A stretch of DNA of 63,985 bases, counting the filler, from Psammoneis japonica (taxonomy: Eukaryota), in the NCBI GenBank assembly GCA_008632985.1. It is 3 parts of 3 records of this genome, joined end to end, with 100 filler letters (N's around TTAATTAATTAA, not from the genome) between each part and the next. Parts side by side here need not be neighbours in the genome. Positions count along the whole stretch, not along the records: positions 1 to 27,620 come from QPGO01000410.1; 2 more parts are not named here. The stretch is one strand, 5' to 3'. Made by a program: the position numbers and the translations under genes. Shown here one piece after another: positions 1-12,821 of this stretch. The notes under the pieces were generated by a model. The model saw nothing but the letters and a program-made list of their open reading frames with translations. It was not told where the DNA came from and made no database searches. Position 1 is the stretch's first letter, and each line of letters starts with the position of its first letter.

Positions 1-3000
1 GAGAAAACAACGCGTTGAGAGATGAGACATGTGCTCTTATCTGTGCAGCCTCCAACAAACTGCAACCGCCGACATGCAGCGCAGTCTCGGCGAGACTCTG
101 CCTTACCTTGTTCCTCGACACTCACATCTGCTACGGCGTCAGATGTGGTATAGATCGGATCGTACATAATGACATTGTGGCACGCAGCTTGCAGGTTATG
201 ACCTGCAGCCTGGATGAAGTCAAGAACAAGAATGCGGGGGCGATTTCGCTCTTCTGAGTTCGCGTCCACATGTCGAAACCAAGAGATGATTTCGTTTTGT
301 CTCTCAACAGAGTCGCGTTCGTTTGAAACATGACAAAAATCGAAAGTGGAGGACTCGAGAGCCGCACATGCACTCGCATACCCCGGAGTGGTTGCGAACA
401 CAATGATTTTTGTCGATGGATCATCCGACAGGATTGATTGAACAGTCCCAACCAATGCATTCTGACGGGCAGTTGACGCAGCTGTGATTTGGATAATGTT
501 GTCAGTCTCCTCGCCAAGATGGTCGACGTTCACACCGAATGTCTCCAACTGGAGAGGCGGATTGCCCACGGCCGCAAGGAAGTCTTTTCCTTCATTGGCT
601 GACATGTTAACGCACACTTGTTCTCGTTGCAACTGAACAGGCAGCGATTCGCCACGGTTTCGTTGACAGGCCTCTCGGACATACCCATGAGCTGCCGATT
701 GAACCGAGCATCGGTACTCCCGACTGAAAACAGACTCCGTCTGGGAAAGGAACATATCACGGCCACTCTCTCGTTCCTCCTTCCGCCAATGGTGAGCGGC
801 GCCAGTGATGTATGTACCCCCCATCAAGTTCGCAAGCTCGGTCACTCTAGCTTCCGTTTCCAACAATGGCGTCCCTGTCAGACCCCACACGCCTACGGCG
901 GCGCGAAGAGGCCGTTTCTTGGGATCTGTTTGGGCAACACCAAGAAACTCCCGCGCGCCACGGCGTGCCACGTCCTTGAAGTCGTCTTTCTTGAAGCCTT
1001 TTCCAGTGACTAAGACCTCATGGGCTATAATTTTCGTCGGAGGGAATGGAAATACACAATGGTGAAAAGTTTAGAGTGAAAAATGAGAAAACCGCATGGC
1101 TCACAAGGCAGCGGTCATGAATTCATGAAACCAATACGAGTTTTGCACACGTACCTTCATCTACGACGATGCGGTACCAAGTAAACCATTCCAGAGGAAC
1201 GCCTTTGTCAGATTCACTAAATCGCATGGATCGAAGCTTTTCAATGGCAGAAGCATAGGCGTGCGAGTAGTAGGCCATTTGGTCCCGATCTTGTTGGTTT
1301 CCTTTGTTTCCCACGTAGATCTCCGGGCCTGATGCCATGTTCCGCACCCACGTTCCTTCGATGGTTGGTGCTTCACGCTGTCCAATAGCCTTGGGAGCGG
1401 CAGGGACAGGCTTGGACTTAGCCTTCATGCGCAGGTTCTCAGTATACGGGCGCTTCTTTGCAGCTTCCTCCTCGATGATTCCAGCGGGGCAGATCACAAT
1501 ATCAGCGCCGCAAATGTCCTTGACGGTTGTTCTCTTGAGTGTGTTCACTGAATCGATAATTTTCAGCTTCAACTGGTTTCCAGTAAATTTTTTTACCTAT
1601 CGAACGGAACAGAGAACAGAGCTTTTTAGACCAGGCCAGGGACAAGAGGGGTGTGAACAGCAACAGCAACCCCGCAAAAGATTGTATTTCTAGTTCTACA
1701 CCATCAACAAAGACATTCATACACATACCTCGTCCTTCCACTGTACAACCAATCCTGGTGGGACGACGATCAGAGTAGCACCGCTGCGGCCCAACTTGGT
1801 GTTTCGGCTGGAACGAGATATTTCAATGCTCTTCACGATCAAAGCAATGGTGATTACAGTCTTGCCACTTCCGATCGCATCTCCAAGGACTCCACCCCGT
1901 AAAGGTGATTCCTTGAATGCCCTGGCAATCGCGCACCACTAAGGGAAAAGTGCAAAATTGAATAGATGAGAAATCGTGCATGGGGATTTTAGCCACATCA
2001 TGATGCTTCAATAGTGACAGGCTCTTCACATAAATAACTTCTGAACTTACCCCGACTCCGTTAAGCGTCTCCTCGGCACGCTCCTCTTCGGGGAAAATGA
2101 CTTTCCCTTTCTCGATGTCCATCATACGGGTAAGCGCCTTGGCTTGCCTGGTGTAGAGAGGAAGGGTGAGGTCGACGCTAGTAGGTTCGTAAGCGTCTGA
2201 ATTCGGGACTTTGAACTCCCGGGCAAGTGGCTCGCCCATACTTGTAAGTTCATTGAGACTCCATTCTACCTTGACGTTCTCTGTCTCTTCTCCTCCTAGC
2301 GTGGCAGCTGCTCTATGTGCGAGCGAGTATGGGTTGACTCGAACTGTCAAAGAGGAGTTGGCTGTATCAACATCAACATGAAAGGCAGAAGGCCTGTCCA
2401 ACAGTTTCTGACGAGTAAAGGACACACACAAAGACAGGAATGAGGAAACAACAAAAGGAACAACGTTGGTCCTCTGATGCGTGGCATGTCCACAGTTATG
2501 GACTCACGTGGAAGTAGCTATTTGACTCTTCGGGGTCGTACTGCCGAAAGAAAATAGAACCGGATTTCTTGATCCATTTTGGCTCCGGTCTAGTCGGGCA
2601 GTACAGTTCTGAACGGCCCAAGTCAGGAATTTCGCTGGCTAGACTATAAAACCTTGAAAATTGGATTGGGAGGTTCCCAGACGCAGCAAACTTTAGAAGT
2701 GTTGGCCCCGCAACAATCGAAAGACGCTTCGCATTGCGAGTTCCGAACTTTCCTGTGAGGTCAATTGCTGTGAGTCCTGCACTGACACTGTCACCTTGTC
2801 TGAATTCCATAAGTGAGGAGACAACTTCATCGGGAATGTGCGTAACTTTGCAAAGCATGGGCCCCGACGTCTGATTTGGATCGTGGCTGACGATTTGATG
2901 GTAAAAATGTGAAGAGTCTTCGGCCGCGACATCCATGATGGCTTTCGGGATCTCCACGCCAACCTTTGGCGTTGACGACCAGGCCAGCAGCTTTCCCTTT

Positions 3001-6000
3001 GTCTTGTGAGTCCGCTCGTTCAACGCATTTTCTGGAATCCAGTCATGCAGCTCACAAATTTCAAGACCATCCTTATAGGATGGTGACGGAGAAAAGACAG
3101 CAACATCCAGTGAGGCACGGACAACATTGGGACGGAAGAACAGGTGCATTGGCTCAGATCCGCCTTCGCGCCGCCACAACGCTGACAGAGTTACGGTGTG
3201 GGTGCAAGCCATTTTTGTGTATCGACCATTGACCACGCCACTTGGATCATCCGAGACAACAATGACACCAGGCCATTCTTTCCAAATCTTGGGATAATGC
3301 TTCAGTGGGTTGCGAGAAGCAAAATGAGGTTCAAATTGTTTCGAAACTTTGTGGTTTCGAAGTTCTTTTGCGACTTCGTCGCTAAAACCAATCAACGCTC
3401 GTTGGGATTGCACCCGCTCAGATTTTTCATCTTCCTTGAGGGTCAAGCTGCATGTAACAGGCTTGTCTGGGGTTTCCCAGACAGGTTGAGACCCCTGTCC
3501 TGCGACGTACACAATTCTGGCCGCATCCGTGAGTCGCCCCCTCTTTGGCTTTTCATCTCGAATAGCTGGCGCAAAGCAACGGATGAACGCAGCTGCCCCT
3601 AGATCCGAACGACGTGCAAGCCTTCCAAAGTCCAAGCGGATCTCGGCAACTTGTCGGCCGGAGCCAAAGTCTTCCCAGGCGCCGTAGATCAGCTGCCACT
3701 TGCCAGCCTTTCTGTCCACTTGTTGAAGCTGAAAGCTGTATGACTCCAGGCCACGGCCGTTGACCAGCACACTCTCAGAACCATCAGCAAGCCTTAAGAT
3801 AGAAGGAGCTGCATTCCGCAGCTTGCGCTCGAACAGATGAGGGTCGGGGCGTTGGCTATTCTGGAACTTGACCTCTGCCAAATCGTGGGTTGACACGATG
3901 TACCTGTCGGCCCCACTGTGAGAAACTTGCCATCCACAATTTTGGCACTCAAGGAATTTGGAGTCTGTCGTGCAAGTGCCGGAGCTCTCAGATGTACAAA
4001 GGACTGAAGATTCGTACGCGTCAACGGAAAGGCTCTCGCCAACCTCACGCACAACGTCTTCTAGTCCACGCGATTCGGTCGCACGTTCGGCTTCGTGGAG
4101 ATCCCCACGTTCTGCTAAAACAGCTCCTTTTTTGTCGGAGCCGTGCTGCAGCTTGATTTCAAACTTTGACAGATCGAACTTGCTGTTCATCCGGCGTTGA
4201 TCCCGAAGGTAAGGGGCGCAGATTGCAGCAAGAATTGTTGCTCCGACCACAGGCACTGACATGGCATTTCCCGCGAGATCGGAGAGTTGAACCTCGGTTT
4301 CCTTTCCTAGAACAAGCCGACTAAACGGTATGCCTTGCAAAAGGAGCTTCTCATAGCCCATCAGTGTCCGACCAAGATGAGGCATAAGCAGCTCCCCTCC
4401 CGGAGTGACACAGCCACTCACTCCTACCGTGGCCGACCGAAAAGGCGCCCTCGTGACATTCTGGGAGAGGTCCCAAACAAATGACGAGTGCATCGGGTCT
4501 CTTGAGATGGCATCACGGATAGCAGCGCCAGCAAAGCAATCAACCATATCAAGACGTCTATGGTTCCAGCAATCCAGAAGCTCCGGGAAAAGGCCAGGCG
4601 CGAGCTTCTTCTCTCCCCGAGGGGCCCATCCAGTCAACCAACGCATCTGGTCTGGGATGCCATTTCGTTGTCGAAAGGCGACGTGATTTCCAAGATCTTT
4701 CACCCTTGACAACTCCCAGTCCCAAAAGTCTGTAGTGAAAGAATTGAAGTGAGCGGGGTGAGAATAGCGTTCGCAAAGCGTACGCAGAGAACTGCGCGTA
4801 ATATGACACAATGATGAGAATCATACCTGTTTCTTTTGCCCTGTCTCTCTTCACCATCAAACCAGGACCAGAACGGAGGGCTTCCCGAAAGCATCTGATA
4901 CGGTCATGAGTGTCGGGCAAGAGGAAGGACTCCATAGAGTACAGCAGGTCCGTCTAAATAGACAAAAAGTGAAGCAAGATCTGAGTACATTGCAAAAACG
5001 GCACTGTCTTCCACTCTCATTCAATAATTGCAACTTACCTTCAAGTAATCCATAATCTCCGCGAAATAATCTCCCAAGTCATCGGTCGGGTCGTCCGTGC
5101 GCCACAAGAACAAGTACTTCCTGTTGCGAGTCTGAGGCAATCCATATTCCTTCGTGTCGAGTTTGAAAAGACGGGTACAGTACTTCACTTTCTTGTCGAA
5201 AACCAAGAAGTCTCCTTGTGATGTCAATTTGCCGGATGTATCAGAGTTTCCAAGGTGGATCTTGTGTCTCTTGGCCAGCTGACCAAGACTGATCTCTACT
5301 ACATCCTTAGCGTCGGCGACGATTTGGCGAACGCGTTTTGGGTCGCAAAGCTTTGCTACACCTTTCAAAGTGGAACCAGCTCGGATTCCCATCTGAGGAG
5401 GCACGGCTACCACTTCGTACTGTCCATCGTCGTTCACCTTGAATTTTAGATCTCGTTCGGCGTTGTCTTTCTTTTTCTTTGAGCTTGATACCGTAATGGC
5501 CTTGTTTTTGTTACGGTACGTCAAATCGACTTTGGCGAAATGAAGGAGGAGCATATATAGTGAGAGCAAAATCTAACACTTTCCAGTTCACAGAAAAACT
5601 ACGTCAAAACTATCGAACATGAATCTCGTAATGATGACGCACCTCGACCGGTTATATATTCTTGCATCTGAAACGAATAAGCATGTATGAAAGTCAGAAA
5701 CAATCAACTTCCACTTTCGCAGAGCCCAACTTCGCCGTGTGCTTGACGTACCTTACCCCACGGGGCACCGTCCACATTCTCAAAGATGGCGAAAGGAGGT
5801 GCATATAACTCCAGGTATTCAACTGCCGCCAGGAATGTTTGTCCAGACTGACCCTTGTCTTCAATATCCAGACGATACGATGTCTTGAGCATAGAGAAAT
5901 CTGATGTCGACATATGAGTGTGAGACAAGATCAACAGAATCACTACATTATCGTGCTGAGCGAAAGCGACGCTGAGTTCCTACCTTTACAGCTGGTGCCT

Positions 6001-7942
6001 GCGATGAAGAGACACGCCGAAGGGATTGAGTGCAGCCGCCCATACACATCTTCCACTGGTTGAGGTCTGCCTTCGTCGTCTGTTTCCGAGAGACGGGTGA
6101 TATCTGGGAAAGAACGGTAAAAACGAGATGATGGTTGGATGAAAAAATCAATGTGGTCTGAGACAAAAACCAAGACTGACAGTAACAACGTACCAGGAAA
6201 GAGCAATGCACCAGGGAAGTTTCGACCAAGGTATCCCTGCTTGAAGGATTCGATCTCACAACTCATCAGATGCTCATACGAGAACTTGTTATCTGGTTGC
6301 ATCTTACTGAAACACTCCTCGATGAGACTAAGTGCAATAGACGGGGCGTCGGTGCCAGAACATGCCGTCGACAGCTTGATTGGGTAAGACAACCGTCCCT
6401 TATCACTGATCGGTGTGGCATTGGAACGTGCAAGGACCTGTGTCAGGAGGCCACCAACCTTCCGTACCTGCTCACTCATGATACGTTCCACAATTCCATC
6501 GGTCGGATCGACGCCGACGGAGTCGACGAATTCTTCCTTTGGCATCTTCTGCGGGTTATTCTGTGGCTTGTACGACTTCTTTTCTTTCTCAACCTTCTCG
6601 TTGAATTCCTTCCAGATATCGCCGTCCTTGTCCTTTTTATTGGACGCCTTCGACTTCACCGTCGTTTCTTTCGTCCTCGCTACCTTCTTCGTCGGCTTCG
6701 TTGACGTCTTCTTCTTTTTGATAACCAACGTGTCGTCGCCGAGATCCTCCTCCTCGTCCTCCGTGAAATCCTCCTTGCTCGAAGCCTCCATGAAATCACT
6801 GTCCAGATTGTCGTCATCCACTGGTGCACCATCATCCATAGCATCGTAATCATCGTCGCTGTCATGTTTTCGTTTGGGTTTCTTTGACAACACGGCCCTA
6901 CGAGTGACGACGGGGGCTTTGTCGTAATCGTCATCAAACTCCATTTCGTCGTCACTCTCCTCCTCATAGTTGACTTTACTGCGTTTTGATAGCCGGTCTG
7001 GTGAGCGTCTCACATTCGAAGCAGAAGAACAAGACGAAGATTTCTCGACTGGACGTTTCTTCGTCGCTCGTTGAGGTGACGACGGCTTGGACATGGGCTT
7101 TTTGGCCGAGCTCGTTTTCTTTTTCTTCTTCTTTTCCTTCTCGTACAGGGTCTTACAATCACAAAGATCTGACTCAACCATAATCTCATAGTCTCCATCC
7201 TCGTATAGGACCGTGTACAACATTCGTTTCGTTCCATCTGCCGTACTACCATCTTCCTCTCCACCGTCGACGACTTGGCCTTCATAAATGTCACGACCGA
7301 AACGTTTTGCGACTCTAGTACCGATATGGTTTGCAAGTGCCTTGAATTCTTCAATTTGTTCTTCGGTATACCGATCGGTCTGCGTTGTAGTAGCAGCATC
7401 GTGACGGGGACTGTTCGTACTGTTGCTGGAACTCGTAACGCTTTGGGGACTGTCTTCACCACTACGTGACGGTGTCGACTTGGATATAGTGGCTGCTGCT
7501 GTAACAGCCGGTGACGGCTCATACAGACGGTCCTTCCACACAACGGTCCACTCATCTTCCTCTTGGTTCCCTCCGGCTTCATCATTGGAGGACGATTTCG
7601 GATGGAATTCCTTCACGTACCCTTGAGCAAAGACTGGAGGTTGGTACTTGCCATCATCTCCCGATGGCTCGATCGCCATTGTTACTTTCTGCAAAAACAA
7701 AAAACAAAAGATCTTGACGGTTAGATTCTTCCACATGAAAGAGGAGACCATGTACAAAAGCAACAAAAAGGACGCACCTTTAGAACATTCGACGTTATGC
7801 CCAACTCGAATTTGGACTTCCTAGCAGCACCAGGCGTCGTAGTATTCTTTTTGGGCATCGTCGTGAAGAAAAAATCCGTCATTGCTTTCTGTCCCTTGAG
7901 AGGCGACGCCGGGCTGCCGCCGCCCTTCTTCTTCCCGGCCAT
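1..7942 (-). CDS. DNMT5: DNMT5-type C5-cytosine DNA methyltransferase fused to SNF2-family ATPase; multi-exon, 3' end runs off the window
   Basis: ATG at 7942 (MAGKKKGG), first GT-AG intron 7777-7689. MTase motifs in order across exons: I LSTACSGTDAP, IV FIAGTSCK/DFS (SC instead of PC, typical of DNMT5), VI FAIFENV, VIII LDTKEYGLPQTRNR, X DLAGNAMS. SNF2 motifs follow: LPLYTRQ, GGVLGDAIGSGKT, YRIVVDE/AHE, WGLTGTP, AAGHNLQ. Tudor-like segment (IGTRVAKRF...LYTVLYEDGDYE) near the N-terminus. Confidence 0.9.
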
Positions 7943-8124
7943 GATGACTTGATGGGTGTGAATGAATGTCACACAACACTCCACAAAATCCTACTCTACA
8001 GTGTGGTGGTTGCCTTTTTGAGTTGTGCTCGCTGCTTCCTTTGTTTTATATGTCAGAGACAGGGTAACGCAGTTTTATTGTTGCCAAAGCAGCTTTTGCC
8101 AAAGCGACGCTCTGTTATGTTGTC

Positions 8125-9890
8125 TGCAAAAACAGGCACACATTTCTTTTTTAAAAAAAGCACAGATTTGCAGTAAGCAGTGAGCACCCACGTAGAAACG
8201 CTCGTAGAAATCTGTGACGCTCCACAAAATTTTGAGGGACATCCACGACTAAATCGGCATTTTCGCCCCAAATCTCACAGCACCCATCACACCCACTAGC
8301 AGCATCTGAGATTCATTCATACGATGACGACGCCTGTACGTGCAGCACCCGACCTCCTCTTGTCCCATGAGGAGAAAGATCAATGTATTTGTAGCTGGGG
8401 TCTAAAGTGCCGTGAGATGCAAGAGAGTTTTCGTGCTCGAGCCGAAGCGGGCGAAGACGAACCTCGTGCTGGGCGATGTGTGCGTCTGCGACTTGGAGGC
8501 AAGTCGGAGAAAGCAGAGAAATGGAGAGAAGCAGTGTTGGTGAACCTTGGAATATCTTGTGATGCAATTGACAACTTGGGTCAGGTTCCTGTTGCAAGGC
8601 ATCACTGGACCGTCAATCAGCTGCGTTCTTTTGACGGCGGCAAGAAACCATCTGCACCCCTGCCCTCGGCGAAGATGACAACTCTCACGGAAGTGGTCGA
8701 CCATCAGCACTTTATGAAGAAGGGATCTGATAAGTCACATTTTCACTGTCCCAACGTGCCAATGAATTCATTGTTGATGGAGACGAGGAAGTCGCCACAC
8801 AGCGTGCGCAGCCAAACATTTGACGAGCACAAGGCGTTTGCGAAGCTGAAGGGACACCAAGATAGATTCAACCAACTCACTCTTGGTAATTATATAAATG
8901 ATGGAGAAGCATTGCATGACAAAGAGAATGAGCCTCCAAAGGACATGGAATTGGAAGTGATTAAAGAGAGAGCCGAGGATGCGCAACAGCAGTCATCACG
9001 CCTCAAACAATGCAACCGGATGAGCGCGTGTGGGAAGCGTAAATCGGACGTATCAACTGCCGGTGTAGCTGAGCCTTTGTATGATGGCTGTGATGTTGAA
9101 GAATTTGCTGCAGATTTTCTTGATTCAAATTCTGCTTCTCGTTGTCAACTTGCATCGCCCAAATGGCACGCAAACAATCCAACAGCTTGCAAGGACATGT
9201 TCGGGTTTCATGCTTTGGAGGAGATGAAACAGCACATCTCCTGCTTTTTTGTTGATGTGCCACTTCTTGTGTCTGAAATCTATTTTGATGGAGATGACAG
9301 AAAGCTTGAGTGCAGTCCTGCCGATCCAACGGAATTTGAACAGCTGCTGATTGTGAAGCACTTCATGCAGCATTGCCCGGTGCATAAGATCACTGGCACT
9401 GCTTTTGGCATGTCACGATTTGCAGTGAAGAGACACATTGAAAAATGGGCACCACGGTGGGCCAAGCATGGAGAATTTCTTTCGATTCTCCCGATGCCAC
9501 GTGATTGCTTTGACAAGGAAATGCCGGACGAGTTTGCTGAAATGCTTCTTGACTCGGTGGCTTTTCTTTTTGATGGAAAAGACACTCCCACAGAAACAAA
9601 GCGCAAAGACTTTGTGGCATGTTTTATGAAGCCACACCGATGTGTCAATCCCAATTCTTTTTCCACTGGCCTCAGCAAATGGTGCAGACTGTGCCTTGTT
9701 GACATGGGTTGCTGATTCCCATCGTCGAGGTGTCGAGGGTGTCGTGGAATGATGTGCAAAAGTGCAGCGTCGAGCATCGAAAACAAGTTTCAGCAGTGGA
9801 TGTCCCTCAAAATTTTTTCGTGCATCACATCTGCGCCAGCACTGGTGCTCACTGCTTGTGGTTCGGCTGAAACTGGCGTTTGTTTTTGCC
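8125..9890 (+). mobile_element. Degenerate, internally deleted PIF/Harbinger- or ISL2EU-like DNA transposon
   Basis: ORF 8324-9715 has a THAP-like N-terminus (CICSWGLKC...ARHHW), an HTH-like region and FLFDGKDTPTE resembling the first Asp motif of DDE_Tnp_4, then truncates. Imperfect inverted repeats flank it (aagcagtgagcacc and aaattttgagggacatccac at ~8175-8247 vs reverse complements at ~9796-9857). Confidence 0.5.
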
Positions 9891-9899
9891 GGAATTTTT

Positions 9900-12410
9900 T
9901 TGGCGCGGTCGGTCCAGGCAGGTCCGGCCGGCGCGGTCCAGATTTTCCGTTCAGAACAGATGCCAAAACTGAATGTGATTCAAAAATCGAGACAGATGCA
10001 AGGGCACATGCACTTGCCATGTGCCCAGACAGAGCACTGTCGCTTTGCTCGTCAGTCCTCTTGTGGTGATCTGGCCATTCTGGCAGCAAATGGTGGCATC
10101 TGTTGGACTGGGCAGGTTTTGCTGGCTGCCGAATCGAAAAATTTGCGACATCGCAAAATTTGCAACAAATTCCAAATCCCCGCACAGTCATCACGCGGCG
10201 AGTCAAGAAATGACCCTTGTCACCCTCCAAGATCGTCTTTGCGATGCGGCCAACATCCTCTGGTGCAATTCAAGGTGCAGGCATTCTTTCTGCTTCGATT
10301 AAGAAAAGACATGATGCACGAGAAATGACAAGAAATCCTCATTTTCAAAGGAAATTGCCTTCTCGTGACAGCAACTCATGCCGACGCATCGCAAGATTTC
10401 AACAAAAATGACCTTTTTGGATGATTGCACCTCCTTTCCTCACAAACAAAACGTCACACAGCTCTTCACAATGATGACAATCTGATTGGTTTGTCATTTC
10501 ATGTCACTTGCAGACCTGCGGTTGTCGAAACAGTGGCACCCGCTCATTTGAAGCAAAAAATGAAGCACTCAGAGACCTCGCACGTGCTTTCATCGTGAAA
10601 AAATTCGAGCTGTTTGTTTTTGTAAATTAATTTGCGATTTGCAAATTTTGCGTTTCAGTGGCTGGCACAAGTGCTGACCCCAACCCCGTTCCCAACAAGC
10701 TGGAGCTGCCTGCACAGCCTGCACAGCCGCCAGAGGGTGGGAGAGAGGTCGTGGGAGCGGCTGAGTGTGTCCACTGGACTTGCTGCTGAGCTCTTCAGAA
10801 GAATGAGTGAAGGCAGCCAATGAACAAAAAAAACAAATGGTTGCCTGTGATGTGGTGCGCTCACCAGCACTCACCCTCTGCACACTTGATTTTCACAACC
10901 CGCCACTGCACTTGGGCTGCTGGAGCTGCTTTTTTAGCAAAAATTCCTGCTGCCAAACAACACGAGTGCTCCAGTTTGATGGCAGTTGGCTTGCCCTGAT
11001 CAGTGCACACCCACACAACAACACATGACAAGCATTGGGGGGGCTTGGATGTGGTGCAGTTCTTGAGTCACCCTGATCCTTGAAACCAGAACAAAGTGGG
11101 CTGACGTTGCATTTCAATGGACAGGCACTGAGTGCATTCATGACAGGCAGTCTTGGAGCTGGCACAAGCCATGTTTATCTTTTCACACTTTGCACCCGGC
11201 TTGGTGGCATTGGCGCAGTCAATGGTGGAGCTGGCAGGTTGCTGAACCTGGCTTTTTGTCAGCCTCTGGGCGGCAGCCACACAGAGGCTCAATCTGCACC
11301 AAAAATTTCATCAAACTCATCACCACCCTTGTCATTGGTGGACTCAACAATCCACCCTGGAAGGAAATTGCAGCCTGCATCTAAAACTTGTCATTGTCAA
11401 TGTCATCTTGACAAGTCAGTTGATCTTGACAAGTTGGCTGATGGTGGTGCTCCATGCCAAGTTCGTGGGTCATCACACAACTGACCTTGGAACAATGGGG
11501 GGGCATCTTGGAAGTGAGAAAGACACAAACACAAAGAGGACAACATGGAGCTTGCACTCCCTCCTCTCATGTGCAACATGCATCCTGCTGAGCTGTTGTT
11601 GCGCCAGTGTGCCAGCGAAATGAACGCTGCCACCCCCCGCCACCCCAGTTGCCACCTGCACTGTGCTGCACACTAACCTGCCACTGCTGCTGGTGCAGCC
11701 TCTGCCACTGCTGCCACATCTGCCGCCTGCCCCACAACTGCTGCTGCTGTGGTCCACACCACAACATTGGCAACCACTGTCACCACAGCCAGTGCCCAGT
11801 GCCGACGCCAGCTCTTCCACCACTGCTGCTGTGGCCCACACCACCTCTCAGCTGGCAGCTGCTGCCACTGCAGGTTTTTGCCACCACTGCTGTGGCTTGT
11901 GCCACCAAACTCCATCATTGCTGCCACAGCCACTGCTGATGCTGCCACTGCAGGCTGCATCGCCACCACTGTGGCCTCCACAAACTCAGCTGCCATGGCC
12001 ATGACTGCCAATGCCACCATGGCCTCCTGGTGGGTGCAACATGTCACCCCACTGGTGCTGTGGCCAGTGCCAATGCTGCTGTCATCATGACCTCCAGAAC
12101 AAAAAATGCTGGTGCCACTGACACCACCGCCACTGCCACCGACAGCACTGCCTGCACAATTTTGAAATTGAAAGTGCTCCTGTCACCACCACCATCACAA
12201 CAAATGCTGCCGCCAACTCCTCCAGCATCAAATTCTCTGCTTTTGCCATGAAAGCTGGTGCTGTCAGCACCTCTGCCACCATCGCACCCCCTCTGCACAA
12301 GCATCTCTGCCCACGCCATCAATCCCACCACCACAGCCACTGCTGGTGTCACTGTGCTCAAGCCGGACAAAGACCTTGACACAACCTTGGAGAGATCCAT
12401 TTTGAACATG
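9900..12410. repeat. Heavily decayed repeat/TE relic, TG/CA-rich, with low-complexity (CCA/CTG)n tract at ~11600-12350
   Basis: TpA is almost absent and CpG is strongly reduced. Many overlapping Cys/His-rich ORFs, none with a recognisable domain. Confidence 0.5.
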
Positions 12411-12821
12411 GTAATTATGACAGCGAAGGCAGCTCATGGACGAGCTTATCCGATTGGTCTTTACACAAGGTTCATCAAAAACAAGCAGCAAATCGAAATC
12501 ATTTCTCATCTCTCTCTCTCTCACTCTAGCGACAGAAAATGCAAAATAGAACGAAAATGCCAAATGCCAGCAAATAGTGTTTTGCAGCGATATGAAAACT
12601 AATCAGGAAATGAATAACTAGCTCCTTCACAGGCAGTTTGCGTCAACAATTTGCTCTTCATCTGGCAGGGCGCGCTTCCGGTCCCTGGCAGACTTGCAAG
12701 CCCACCGCGAAATCTGTCGTTTGTGCGGGGGCAACTCGATACCTAACAATTCGGATGAGTGAACTCCACTTTTCCTAGAGGACAACATTGATTCACCCAG
12801 CTGAAGCACCTTTGATTCATC

